Positions 1-28,915 are shown, counted from the stretch's first letter. The stretch is DNA of 64,000 nt from Bugula neritina (GCA_964035545.1 OZ037766.1:30618773-30682772), one strand, 5' to 3'. The notes: generated from the sequence alone by a model not told the origin. Numbers and translations: made by a program.

Positions 1-89
1 CTAGAAATTATATTTGTGATGGTTTATTTTCTGATTTGAAATGGGAGAGCAGAAGAGAGATAAGGATCTCTTTTATTCAATGTACTTAC

Positions 90-1992
90 TTCTAAGGTTT
101 TGCAGTCCAATTCCTTCAAGAGTTTTGTGACTGGAGTAATCTAACTCTAAACCAACTCTACCGTTGTATAAGGTTTTACCGCCAATTGTGTTGAGATTAG
201 GGAAGACGGGTGGTATATTTTTTGGATCTGAATTGGTGGAATGGGAAATGATGGCTACGTATCCAGAAACATCAGTTATCAATTTAAGATGGTTAACCAG
301 TTTTCCATACACAGAAGGGTTGAGCTCAATATGTACGTTTCCTGTGATGTACTTACACTGGTAATACAGACGACTGTAGTAATGCAGCAGTTGGTTACCT
401 GAATACTCCTTCTCTACACTTCTGTCTTCTGATTGGCCCTCACACACTTGGTCTAGAAGTTCTACAAATTACCAACTCTTTTATAAACAAACTATAATAG
501 AGCAGCCGGTTTAGGAGTTAGAAAGTTTGCCTCGTAAACACGAGGTCATTGGTGATGTTAAGAAGTGCATCCAGACATAATTGCTTCTGTGCCTCATTTA
601 GATAAGTTTTTAGCCTGCTTTAACAAAAACTCTTTCTATCAGAGATTTCTCACAAAGATAGTGAAGATAAAGTTTTGTGAGTTTTTTTACAAACAAACGA
701 TAACCAAAGTGAAGTCATCTAAGTTTTTTTAGTCTTGCTTCTATACTTTTTAAGAACAGCAAAATAATATATAAAAGAGCAAATGTTTGGTTAAAAAACT
801 AAGTGTTAACTATATCAAACCCTTATCTTTGAAAAATCTTCAGCGTTGGCCATAAGTAAACCAAAGAATAGTAATTGCTAATAATAAATAACATGAAAAA
901 TTCATCAGCTGTCCTTTTTATAACCAATTTTAATATTACAGTTTATAACACATTTTAAAGCTTTTTTGCTGTAATTTTTTATTAACAGAATTTTTTATTT
1001 TCTTTTTCAACAAATCGAACAACTTTTAATTAGTTTTAAATTTTTACTCTATTATAGACCTAAATACATGCATATATTTTAATTTATACTTTCCTGATAT
1101 AATAGCCGGTACTTCTATTGTTTGTTAGTCCGGAATGCATTTTCATGACACTTTCTTATTTAGAAACATTATTTTGCATTAAATAGTCATCTTATTAGTA
1201 CCGCATAAATCATTTACATTGTGCGAGAATGAAGGCTATGAACTCTTCATAACTCTTCATCGTGTCAACATAAAAGCAGATGCTTTATTTGCATAGCTAA
1301 ATTAAAGGTTCTATATGTACCACACAGCTCAACAATGCGAGGCGATTATTTCATGACAGAAAACATTTTTCTAATTCTGATAGAGAAGATAGTTTTTTCC
1401 AAAATATTTTTAGACAACAATAAGGGATAAAAATTTGTGACAAAGTGTTTTGGTAAGACAACTACTCGAATAAATTGACAAAAGCTTTTAGAAAAAAATA
1501 TACTGGTTGCCACGAAATTATTAACAAGCTCTCAGATGCATGATTAAAGTACTGGTAAAGAATTTTATGTCTGGGTTCTTCAAGTGTTTTTCAAATATAT
1601 AGTAAGAAAAAGAAAATTATACGTGATGGAGTAATTTAAGCATTGTAAATCTAAAGACAGCATAAAAACCACTTAAAGATCTGTGTTATAACTAACCAAA
1701 GCGTACAAATACTTTGTCATTGAATCAGTATTAATTATGTTCTAAAGTACATTAAATGCAATTTTAAAGCATATAATCAATAAAATAACTATACTATTGA
1801 GTATTGAGATATTGTAATATTTGAATAGTTTCAATAGGATGCTTATGAACTAAATTATCTAACTGATAACTTTTACAGCTTCTTATTGGTTTAATATTAA
1901 TCAATAAACCAACCAGAAAGTTGCTGACATTCTATTGTAGAGTACGATACCAAGCAAATCATTATGCAAACCTTTGCTGTTAATAAGAACAT
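90..1992 (-). CDS. Paralog E (partial, 5' end): EGFR-like receptor L-domain protein; signal peptide exon and L1 exon
   Basis: Exon 1 1914-1992 (MFLLTAKVCIMICLVSYSTIECQQLS, phase 1). Exon 2 90-461 (ELLDQVCEGQ...YYQCKYITGNVHI...FPNLNTIGGKTLY...GIGLQNLR, phase 1). A probable next acceptor AG lies at 1-2. Same exon phases as paralogs A-D but clearly more divergent. Confidence 0.8.
500..682 (+). mobile_element. tRNA-derived SINE family 1 (internally deleted copy)
   Basis: Matches the 13468 copy (gagcagcc...gtaaacacgaggtcattggtgatgttaagaag...tgtgag) but lacks the B-box segment. Confidence 0.8.
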
Positions 1993-2615
1993 TGCAAATA
2001 TTTTTTTCTCTCCTTTATTAACTGATTTTGCTCTCCTATCAACAATGATCATTTCTTACTATTTTAATTTTAGTACATTGTTGCTGTATAGAAATGTGTT
2101 AAGGCATTAATATCTATGAATGCAACCATCACTTTTTATTCAGTGTGATTGGCCTGGATAATTTAATTCATTTTGCAAATTTATTATATCAACACTAAAA
2201 GTTTGTGAAAACAAAAAACACACAAAAACTTTCGGTCGAATGTAATTGAAATATACTTCGAAAACACATCAGTTTCTAAACTGTGGATATTTCATAATTT
2301 TAGTCATGTAGCAATTAAAAATTTTACTTTAACTTTGTTTGTGTTAGTAACTGAAGGTCATCTGAGGGTCAACTGCTAAAACTGAAAATTTTTAAGCTAT
2401 ACTCTGCAGTGTTCTAAAAGGCTGCAGTCAGTTTGAAAAACTTTTTTTCAACAGGTGAGTTTTTGTAAATCTTCAAAAGAGTGAGTTTAGGGTTGTAAAA
2501 GCACTTTTGAGATTTAAGTATCTGTATGTTGGATCGATTGAGAATTGAATTCTGTGAAACAGTCAAGAATATTTGATCAGTTTAATCACTTTAATATAGG
2601 ATTTGGTGGTTGAAC

Positions 2616-16872
<14,257 letters not shown>

Positions 16873-16956
16873 TGTGGTATTAGTCTGATTAGTTTAATAT
16901 ACTTATAGTAGCAGTATGTTATAGGGAGTTTACATTGGGGGCAACAATTACTTCTA
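16873..16956 (-). promoter_or_regulatory. Conserved 5'UTR/proximal promoter block shared by paralogs A-D
   Basis: tacttatagtagcagtatgt...gtttacattgggggcaacaatta (plus strand) is nearly identical at about 16900-16950, 29878-29925, 43611-43658 and 59291-59338. Function is inferred from position only. Confidence 0.5.
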
Positions 16957-17039
16957 ACTTTTTAAGCATTTTATAATATATTAATACACAATCTGACTAT
17001 GGTATAATATTGTTACAAAATCTGGCAACAAACTTTTCA

Positions 17040-17545
17040 GCGGCATATGCAAGCAGGTGAGAAATATAGCTGTTGACATGTGCAAGCAGGTGGATAAACT
17101 GCTGTAGTATGAGTAATATACGTATAGCTGTTGACATGTGTATATACAGGTAGATATAGTGTTGTATAGTATGAGTAATATACATATATAGCTGTTGACA
17201 TATGCAAGCCTGTGAGAAGTATAGCTGTTGACATGTGCAAGCAGGTGGATAAACTGCTGTAGTATGAGTAATGTACATTGCTGTTGACATGTGTATAGGC
17301 AGGTTGACATATATACTGTGTATATAGTATGAGTAATATACGTTGCTGTTGGCATGTACAAGCAGGTGGATATACTGCTGTAGTATGAGTAATATACATA
17401 GCTGTTGGCATGTGTAAGCAGGTGGATAAACTGCTGTACTATAAGTAATATTATAGCTGTTGACATGTGTACGCAGGTGGATATACTGTTGTAGTATATA
17501 AGTAATATACATAGCTGTTGACATGTGTAAGCAGGCTGACATGCT
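17040..17545. repeat. Minisatellite of about 60-bp units (tagctgttgacatgtgcaagcaggtggataaactgctgtagtatgagtaata) upstream of paralog A
   Basis: About 9 degenerate units; the same family occurs upstream of paralog D. Confidence 0.9.
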
Positions 17546-17605
17546 ATGATTGCAAGGCATATATGTATGTACTACTTTTAGGCCTGCCAGTCTCAGTTAC
17601 AAATT

Positions 17606-17687
17606 AAGTCAATATGTGTCACTCCAAGTCAATATGTGTGACTCCAAGTCAATATGTGTGACTCCAAGTCAATATGTGTCACTCCAG
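17606..17687. repeat. 20-bp tandem repeat x4 (aagtcaatatgtgtcactcc)
   Basis: Direct inspection. Confidence 0.9.
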
Positions 17688-18491
17688 CTCTCATGGAAAT
17701 ATTTAGCAAAAAAAATTTAAAAAAAATTTAATATAAAGTGTATGCTGCTATTACAATAGTAATTATCAAATAAACTGCAGGTTTGCAATTCCGGTAAAGA
17801 GCTGTGGGTGTTTATGCACATGCAGTGCACGTTAAAAGAGCTTCTTAAACTTTAATAATAATGAAATATTTATGTAATATGAAGTCATAGTTAAAAAAAA
17901 CCTGTCTACCGATATATTCAGTACTCTGCTTGAATTTAACTTTTATTCCTAATATTTTTCCGTTTTTATCACTTGCTACACAAAGTTTTCAATAAAATAT
18001 TGTTTAATTTATTCCCATTTTTGTATATAGATCTTGCATAACATTTTTCAAAAAATATTTACTTTTACAAACACTGTTTATAATTAAATTGTATATATAT
18101 ACTAAAATAACACATCTATTCATATTAATATTATTTAAAAGTTTAAATCAATGTCAAAATGGAGACTGTGAACGAATGGACACATAGTTATAAAGTTGAA
18201 CTTGTTATGTCAGTTAAACTGCCCATAATATAAGTAGAAAAATTATAGCAATATCTTTTCACTGACTTTTGATTGAGGTCAGGTTGGTCAACTGACATTG
18301 TTGGGCTATACTTCATAGTGCTTCTAAAAAGCTGTTGTCGTGTTAAAAATATTTTATTATTATTCAAATATTTTGAAACTATTCATTAATATTATCAATT
18401 AAGATTACATTACATTAAATAGGAGCTGTTGATGGTAAAGCATGAGTTATTTGTTTGAGAATTACACTCTGTGATATAAAAAAGTTTTCAA

Positions 18492-20975
18492 TCACTTTGA
18501 TGGAAAGTTTTCCCGCATTTTGACTAAACTAGGTGTTGTTAAGTTGCTTGTTGACCCCATAAATATTTTTTGTGGTACTGGTGGAGCGTAGTAGTCAGAA
18601 TTATTTTGTGTTGCAATAGTCACTTTAGAAACTGAATAATCTGTTGGCTTAATAAATTTTCTTGGTGAAAATACTGGAGTGTAATATTCAGAAATATTCT
18701 GTGCAGCAGTAGTTGACTGGAAGGTGGTACTCTTTGTTGGCATCATAAACGTCTTTGGTGGAACTGGTGGAGTGTGGTAGTTGGGATTGCTTTGCGATGC
18801 AATAGCCACTTCGGGAATAGAACTATATGTTGGTTCTCTAACTATATTCGATAGAGCTGGTTGAGTGTTGTAGACAGTTGGTTTGGAAATAGAACTGTAT
18901 GCTGCTTCCCTAAATAAATTTGATAAAGCTGGTTGGGTGAGGAAGACAGCCGGTTTGGAGGTTGAACTGTATGTTGGTTCCCTAACTAAATTTGATAAAG
19001 CTGGTTGGATGTGAGAGTTGGGATTGCCTTGTGGGGCAATAGTTTCCTCAGCAATTGAGCTGTATGTTGGTTCTCTAACTATGTTTGATAGAGCTGGTGG
19101 GTTTTGGTAGTTACGATTATCTTGTGCTGTAATTGTCTGCTTGGGGATATCTGTTTGTTCTATTAATGTGGGCTCTGTCATTTTAAGATATTTCTGGTCA
19201 ACATTTGCTGGAAGTTTCGGTTCGCCGTTAGAGTTATGAAAATTATTTGAAAAGTATTTTTCAGTCTTGGGTATCATATTTGTACGAGCAGGTGCTGCTG
19301 AAATTGGCCTACTGCAACCTGAAGTTTCATAACTCCTAGGTACAGTAATAGTGTCAAGGTCAACTCTTTTTCTGATTGGTCTACCAGGCTTTATTGGAGC
19401 TGACTTTCTTGTTCTATTTACTTTTATTATTCCAGACTTGAAACCAATAATTGCTGTCTGTCAATAAAAAAATCTTTGAAATAACTTTATTTCTATATAT
19501 TTCTTTTAAAACTTTAGTCAGTGGATTTTGCATTTATGATTTAACATCATGGAGTGTTTTACTTTCACAAAAATTTTGAGAAAAAATTACCAGGCCTAAT
19601 TGGTTGAGAAAAATTATTTGCTCAATACGTAATTAATTAAACTACAATATCATAATATTTCTTTGATTAAAATAAATCTAGATTTAATTTTTTTCTACAT
19701 ATAACTCATATACTAACAACATACTATGATAAGTTTATCACAATTTAACTTACATCATTCTTGTATATTAATTTGAAGCATTTTTTTATTTAGAATTTTG
19801 CAAATGGCAGAATGGCAAATTTCTTCCAATTTAATTTAGAATCAATAATAATTGTGCTGTGTTTAACAGATGCAGTAATATTAAGCGTAGTAACGTCAAT
19901 AGTTATGAAAAAGTCAACCCCAGTGTCTAACTTTTTGCTAGTATAAAAGAAGCAAATTCGATTTTGTTTGAGTACTACAATATGCTTAATTTATAACTTA
20001 TAAAAAATAAAACTAAGAATAATAAACAATTTGCAAATCATGCAAAGTCCAGATTCATACATGCTGTGGCTAAGAAAAATAATCAACATTGATGGCTAAA
20101 AAGAATTATAGCTCTGTTTTTCTATAATTGCAATTGAAGTCTGTTAGTTGTTTGTCAAGTAATATAAATAAATGGTTATAGGAACTTACCCCCATTATTA
20201 AAACAACAACCATAATGGCGAATATAAGCACCACCACTATTTCACTTTGACTTTGATCATTAGGTTTCAAAGTGCTTTGTGCTTCTTGTCTATTTCTTTT
20301 ACCACCACTAGAGCTAGATGTCAAAGTGGCTGTTGTAGTTGTACTACTGGTAGAGCTAGATGTCAGAGTGGTTTGAGGTAGCAGTGCATTGGTCGTACTA
20401 CTACTACTAGAGCTAGATCTCAAAGTAGTTTGAAGGACTGATTTCGTTACTGTATCAGTGCCAGATCTGGATATTAAATTGGTTTGGATTTGTGTTCCAG
20501 TTTTTGTACCACTATTAGAAGTAGATCTCAAAGTGGTTTGGAGGACAGGTCCATTTGTTGTACTAGTACCAGAACCTGGTGTCAAGATGCTTTGGGGCTC
20601 GAACTTATTAGTTTGATTATTTTCAGTTGCTGTCAAAAATTAAATAGCTTAAAATAATTAAACTAGTTTATGTTTTGTGTTTGTATTACAATTTTTTAAG
20701 CTAGTTAAAAATGTTGCTTGTTGGCAAGATTCATTCCTTGAAAAAACATAAAATTGAAACACGTTGAATGGTTACAAAAGTTTATTCCTTACCTGGTACA
20801 CCCAGGTGAATGGGTGGATACCAGGACATGACTCCATATGATGAAGAATTTACCAGAAGGACTACACTGTACACCATTCCTCTAATAAGTCCATAGGTCG
20901 GTGATGTTAAATCTACTAAGCTCTGGTCTGTGTAATAAATAGGGCAAGTAGATTGTAGTTTGAGCATTGTGTGTG

Positions 20976-21047
<72 letters not shown>

Positions 21048-24000
21048 TGTGTGTGTTTTATTTTCATCATAATACAGTGTTTTACAACTAGCATAAGTTA
21101 CAAGAGCAGACAAACAATTAGAAAGGAAACATAGTAACAAATAACAGTATATAAAACATAAAGCTGTCGGAAGTGATGATGAGGCCCAGTGCGAAATAGC
21201 ATGGCTAGTGGTACGCGGGCCCACATATGACAATGTTTTGAATAAGTTTATTATCTTTTAATCTCTGCTGTTCTTGAATGTGGCAACACTTATAGATACT
21301 TTGCAGCATATTTCATAAAACAATTTACAACAGAGTTTCTGTGTAACTCGAACGTTAAAAGGTAGAATATACATGTGCTTATAGTAATGATTGACTACTG
21401 CTCAAAGCTCCATAACTTGTCATCTTTTGCTTTCTAAAAGATTCTTTATGAAGTTGATATTTTTTAACTTACCCGCTTCTTCTTTAAACAAATTGTATTT
21501 TGCATCAGTGTAACTTTTTATGTAGAGAGGAAAACTCTGAATATGTTTTTCTATTTCCGGGACATCTTTATTAAACTCAAGCGTCCATGAAAAGTTTGCT
21601 TTTCCATCATAAGAAAGAAATAGTGAGTACAGTGATCTTTCTTTCTCTCTTTAAATTATAATCTATATGGATTATTTGTTATAACAATTTGAATTTAGCA
21701 AAGCCTTTAGAATACTGATCTAATTTATGTTATAAATGTTTACATCAGAGAGAAATAAAGATATTAGTGAGAATTAATAATCTGAAGCACAACTCACTGA
21801 ATAGTACAACCATTAGGTACACAGGCTAAACATATCTTGTTGATATTATCTGGTACAGTGTTGTCTGGACAAGTCTGGACACATTTATTTCTTAATCTGT
21901 AGTTCTTACACTGGTTACACTCTGTGTCTAACTGAAAACACAAAGTTACTGTGAACAAGCTAAATAATGTATATAGTGATTTTCCGAAACAATTATAAAG
22001 CACAGTAGTTGTTTTTCCAATACAAATTTACCAATAAAAATGATGATAGACTTTGGAATCTACAATATTTTAAAAAACTTTATCAGTTAGGACAGAATAT
22101 TAAAATTAGAAAAATATTTTACTCAAAAATCATATCTTATCGTACTAGCACCATTTCACATAATACTTTATTGTTTTTGGTGTATCTAATGTTATATTAT
22201 GAACATTATAATTCTGGCTTTGATTATATTACGTAGTTTAACAAAAATTTTATAAAATATGGCCATGTTCTGAACCTATTCCTTAATATTTCTCCACTTC
22301 ATTTATTTCAACTAAAAAACTAAATTTATTAAAAGAGTAGCTGGTATGTCTTTAGGTATATATAGCTATTAGGAATTGGCACACAATGTCGCTATATACA
22401 AATATTCATCCATGCACTCTAAATACCTGTGGAATACAGAGACACAAATGTCAAGGTGCTATTTAAAACCCAAGTTTACGAACTTACACTACCAAAACAA
22501 CCTCCTGCACACTGACTGTGACAGCTGATACATTTGTTTGTCTTTGTATGAAGATATAGAGGTGGGTCACAAGTGGAAACACACGTGTTGTTTAACTGAT
22601 AGCCTCCTGTGCACATCCTACAAGCTGAATCAGCATGTGGGGGGCATCTGTTACACGCCCCGACTCTATTCTTGCATCCAAATTGACACAATGGATTACA
22701 TGTTGGGCGTGAACCTGTAATTACAAGTGTGGCAACATAAAACTGTGACAGAATTTTTCTCTGAGGTTTCAAACTTTAAGACAAAACTTTGTAAAGTATT
22801 TTGTTAACTAAATATCAAGTAATAAAAAAAATGTTTTTAAAACCAATTGCTTTTCTGCACATTTAAAAATAAAATCATATGGGAGTAAAACATTATTTAA
22901 AAATTCCTAGGGTAGTTCTTATAAAAGATAAACCAATAAATCGTCGTTGAATACCCCCACAATTGTCCGAGCTAATGATTATTTTGTTTGTAGCTGAATT
23001 GGTAATGTGTTTCAGAAGGTTTTCTGTCTCAGTTACTGTTATAGAACAAGTTTTATGTATTTTTATGTATACGGGACCATTAGTTCTCTCTAGACTATCA
23101 AATCCAAGATAATCCATATTAGGTACTTGCAAGGCCAAAGAGTAATCTCTGTAAAAGTATAACTCAGGTTGCTAGATTCAAGTCACGGTTTATAGTGACT
23201 GGGGTATCATCAATAATAATGCATATAATACGTCAATATAGTTGTGAATGTATTGCAACACATTTATTATACTTTGCAAACTTTCACATTGTCTGTTATT
23301 TAAGATATACAAAATCATCAACTGAAATAAAATTTATAAATTGTGAAAATCTTTTACAAAACTTCTCTATTAGTAACAATAAGCTGCGTTCAACCAATCA
23401 ACTTATTAAAATTTGCAAGCTTTTCAATTTTTTAACAAAATAATTTGAGTGAGAAATCTTCTATCATAATTATTAGCCTTCGAGTTCAATTGTTCTGTAA
23501 AGTTGTGGCTATATCTTAATTGGAATGTTTAATTTGTGAGGTTTATTGTTTTTAAAAAAATTTATAAATCAGAAATAAAGAAAATTTAAGACAAGTTCTA
23601 ACCTATAAGCTACTATTTGCTTTAAGAAAATAATAAAACAGCTTTTTTAATAAAACTAAAAACAAAGTAACTGTAGGAAAAAGGTAAGTTACGTATCTAC
23701 TTTTACCTTTGGCAGACATCTCTATTTCTAATATCTCTGCAGTAAGTGGTGTCCCTGAAATCCCCTTCCCCACCAACAACCTTTAACCTTCCCCAAAATT
23801 TAGCCAGATCTTTATAGCCAGGGTAAAAAAGCCTCAGTACCACAGACCCAGTGATGTGCTCTATGTGTTTTGTTACTGCACTTATAGCAGAATGATGAGC
23901 CACTGTAAGGCAAAATTCAATATGTACAACAAAGTTACGTTGGTATTATATTACCCTATCACAATTTAAATAAATTCGAAGTAATTAATGTATGCATCAG

Positions 24001-27000
24001 ATATAAGTCTTGATCTCAAAATATTTAGTAGAGTTAATGCCTAATATGCTGATGTAACAGAAATCAGTTAGAAGTTATTTTGTCACAGATCTAACCAAAC
24101 TTCTCTTAAAAGAGCGTTGTAATACAAAACTACAAATTTTTTACATCTTCATTTGTAATGTTTAAATTATCATTATTGCGCAAATTTGTATGAAATTATG
24201 TAATGAATCTTACAGAGAAACTAAGATGAACTTATGGCAAACATTCTTGCAATTATCAATTACCTAAGTTACTGCCAATAACATGGCCTTTGATGTGTGT
24301 GCAACCACGCCTTTGCTGATATAATGATACGATTTGCCAATCCACGTCCACACGACTAAAGTCACACCATTTCTTGCAAGCTCCTTCACATTTAACACAT
24401 TTCCGGTTAACATCTGGTAAATATCCTGCCGGACATTCTGTAGTGCAGGTTCCATCATCATGTTTGAAATACCCAACTATAAAGTTTACAGAAAAACTTT
24501 GGCAACAATTGTACTATATACGAATGTGAAGCTACTTTCAAATATTCATCACTCCCTTATCACCATATTTCAAGCAACATGGACAAGTTTGCCTTCAAAT
24601 TTGTGCTTATTTAGTTCAATCAATTTAGGTAAAGTTAGGGTCACATGCTTATTTGCACACATTATATTTGAAATGTTTGAAATATTCAACAACTAGCCCA
24701 ATTACAAGTAGGGCGTATGTGTGTGTATGTGTGTTTATGTTCGTATGTGTGCGTATGTGTGCAGATTAAGTGCGTTCGCAAGTGTATGTAAAGTGTGTAA
24801 ATGTGAGCAGATGTGTGTAGGTGTGTATCTGTAGATGCATGCGTGCGTATGTGTGTTAAATATTTTATAGTTTTAAGCCTTTCACAACAGAGAAGCCTAA
24901 TGCTGCTAGAATAGTTATTATATAAAACAAGAAATTATAGCTTACTGCTTCGCTCATCATACTCATAGAGCTCTACTTCTGTAAACATAAACCTCTTATT
25001 TGCTTCAGCGTAGATGCCAAACTGAGCTGTGAGAGGGTATCTTTCTGTCCCATCTTCATGTTTGCATGTGATATAGAACACTTTTCTTCCTGGAGGCTGA
25101 TTCACTTGAGTACACAACTCCCAACCAGCGTTGTATTCATCCGGCAGGGTGGAGGCGTAAGTTGAATGTGCAGCATTTGTAGTAGCCACAAATGGCTTGA
25201 ACACCTGTCTGATAGCTTAAACAAACAACATCTTTGAAGTTTATATTTGGCCAAATAATTATTCCAAAAAAATTATTCGTTCAAACTTCTTTTCCGTGTA
25301 TTTGTGGCACGAGCAAAATTTATTGAAAAAAAAACAATATCATTAGTTACTTGAAGTCGATTTCAATTAGTTTGTACTCACAGCAATCAGTGAAGTTACA
25401 CTGAAGAGGTAAATTTATGACTGCATGAGAAAGTTGTATCAACTTTTGTGAGATTATAATAATAATCCATGACCAGTGTGTTGAATGAGTATCAGTTAAC
25501 GAAAATATAGGCATGTTTATTTCTCCATCAGTTAAAAGAGATGAGTCTATTCTTTGATTCCCAGGCTCTGATTTGACTTCTTGCTGGTATGCATAGTCCA
25601 AACCCCCTAAAACCAATATAAGTTGAAGCAAAAAAATGTTTTTGAACTATAATACGTTAAGATTTTCTAAATTTTGAAATGCATAATCAAAACCTAGTTC
25701 TTTGATAATTGTTCACTGCTGATTATAATTAATTATTTCATTTTAATTATGTGTATTATAATGATGCAAGGTTTTATTTATCTAAAATTTTTTGAAGATG
25801 CTTTTAAAACTGCTAAATTTATGTGTTATATATAGAGCAGTTTGAAAAGTTTTCATTACCAAAACTATAGGTTAAGAGAAAGTTTAATTAACAAGGCTAG
25901 TAGCGTAAAAACAGATTGACTCCTATAATCCAACTTGAAAAATATTATTATGGGATTTTAAAATTGTAAACTAAAATCCAATAAAAAAAACATAAAAAGC
26001 GAAATTATATTTTATATGTTTATATTGAATAAATAGTATATTTACAAAAAATAGTGAAAGAAAAATAATAATGTAAAAAACTCACCTATACCAAAAACCT
26101 GGACTTCTTTTAACACCAGACCGAGTGAATCCTTTCCAGCTACAATAATGAACTGTTTACTCAGTCTGTGTGGGTCACCGTAGTCACAGGTTACTATGGA
26201 TTTTATTTCAAGTTCAGCGCCTTCAAATTTACACAAATCTGTATCTGGAAGAAGGTGAGGAGGTGCACGTTGTAGTTCATCACTACGTAGAGTAGTCAAA
26301 TAAGTTACATCTTTCAGTGTGTAGGATCCTGGAAAATGTGTAACTATAATACTTATAAACAGCTATATATGTTACAGATGCTTTCAGTACGAGGTTATAT
26401 TTCGAATGTTTTACTCTGCAGCATCTACATGCACCCCAATTATGTTGTCAAAACTTAAAACATTTCAGCAACTAATAGATAAGTAACTTCGGATATTTCG
26501 GAAGCATGTCAAGTTTAGTTTATGGCTCAGAAAGTAAATGTTTTACCAGAGAAACTTAGACAGGCGTGTGCATCTTCTGTTGTCCCTCTTTCAACTATAG
26601 CATAGTAAAACCTGATCTTGGACTGAAAGGTGACAGATAAATATCCATAGTCTTCTTTTTCTCCAATGAACAAATGATGAGGAGTAAGTCTAAAGGCATT
26701 ATGTGCCCGAAAGATGATTTTTGTTCCATGGTATACGGTTTCGCACTCACTAGAACTGCGGATAATGGAAGAATGATCCGTTCCTTCTGCAAAAGTTATC
26801 ATAACAATTATTTAAGGCTCTCAACAAATATTTTCTTAATATTAAATTATAAATCATTTATGAATTAAAGTCATTTACAGTTAATGTAAAGTGTGTTCAG
26901 ACAGCGTACCTGGACATTCATTTACACAGAACTTGTCCTTGATACTGTACTGTCTGTTAGGATGATCAACAAACTTATTAGAGAGGACATCATAAACTTT

Positions 27001-28518
27001 CTCTGAATGAACTTGAGAACAGTTTTCAACACAAGCACCAGATGGGAACATGTAGAAACCAGAGCAGCCTTCAAACTACAAATAATAAGAATATGCATAG
27101 GTTATTGTTTCAAATAACTCTTTTAGTTTAGGATTTTATTATACATTTTTTTCTAACATAAATCTAGCTTTTAACTAACTTAGTTTTATTTAGTAAGTTT
27201 TTAGTCACAAGTTCTTTTTAAAGAAAGTTTTTAAAACCATATTTAAGTCATTTAATAGAATTTAAAATAGCAAACAAACTTATTGTTCAAAGTAAGTAGC
27301 TATCTACAAGTCATAGTACAGTACAATTTTGCCACATGTTAGTAATCAAGGAGTATCCAGTTTTAATTTTATATTTTATAAACTGATTGTGTTTGTGACC
27401 AAATTTTGGTTTACCACAATGGCAAAATTATCAACAAAAATAGAGGAATAAATCATTAATATCCCTGCTGAATAATTAAGCTGATTGACTTTCTAATGCA
27501 ATGCAAAACTTTTGCCACTACTTTGACCTTGACCTAGAACTTTGACTTGCAAGCAGGAGCTAACCATTATACAACTTGGGGGCACTGCATGGGTGATTTC
27601 AATACGACACCTAAATTCAATTAGAAAGAAATAATTTATAGTTTCAAATGTAATTCTTTCTTAAAATCCAATCCACTACAATTTCTGGCATAGAATCAGT
27701 CACCTACCTTGAGACAGTCAGCTTCAGCTGGTCCTCTACATCCGGTGAGACAACTCTCATGACAACAATGATTTGCTGTGTTATGATAACAGCCAGTAGT
27801 ACAACTTGGATGGCAGTTTGTAAAGTCTATTTGACAGTCTTCTGCATCTGGTCCCCAGCAGTCGTTTCCCAGACAAGATGAATGACACTGGCCTACATTT
27901 GACAAGTTGCAGCAGTTACTTTATTATGTTGTAAAAGTCAAATAAAGTTGTATCAAAGAATGACTCTGCCCTACAAAAGCGTCTTTGACAAAGAATATTT
28001 TTAATTATGGATTTTTTTGTACAAACCAACCTTTTTGAATTAGAAAAAATTATTTTGTTTATCAAAGAATGCATGCAAATGTAAAAAGTTTTACTTTTAA
28101 TAAACACTCGCATACCCACCTGTACTGCATGTCGCAACCCGGATATCTATTTTTCCTGATGTTTTTACTTTAGACCAATCTGTTTTGTGATCAAAGCAGT
28201 TGTCAACCTTTATTAAAATGTTTCTACCAGAAACCTCTTCGTCATAAAAAATAAAATCTTCATATAAAATAAAAGTTTCAGTGTTATCATTTTCAAGTTT
28301 GATTTAATAATTATAGTGTAGTCACTTTGGTATAGCGTAATTCAAAGTTATAATAGTTAAGACTTATATAGTACAGGTATACATGTATGGCTTATATTTT
28401 AGCAGCACTTTTTTTCGAAAATGAAGAAGTCCCTAATAAATACAATTTCAGATAATGGCAAATGCGCTTTACACTTTATTCAAACACAAATGAAACATAA
28501 ATTTTTATTTTAAGACAT

Positions 28519-28577
<59 letters not shown>

Positions 28578-28614
28578 CATATATATATACATATATATAT
28601 ATATACATATATAC

Positions 28615-28645
<31 letters not shown>

Positions 28646-28824
28646 GCTTCTATATTTAAAAAGTGAATCAAAAGAACTCAATATTTCAAAAAATAGAGTA
28701 GGTATTTATATTTGGTACTGATACAATTTTGGATATAAAATAAACTTATATATTCATTTTTCGAAAAATGAATATATAAGTTTATTTTATATCCAAAATT
28801 GTATCAGTACCAAATATATATATG

Positions 28825-28915
<91 letters not shown>

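Noticed and set aside
16981-17560. Three overlapping minus-strand ORFs; repeat could be mistaken for a CRISPR array
   Set aside because: Degenerate minisatellite without unique spacers, eukaryotic context, no cas genes.
24264-24476. [13 protein letters not shown]-type ORFs (also 36091 and 51970)
   Set aside because: Alternative frame of exon 10; the Cys-rich frame is the one that fits the splice phases.
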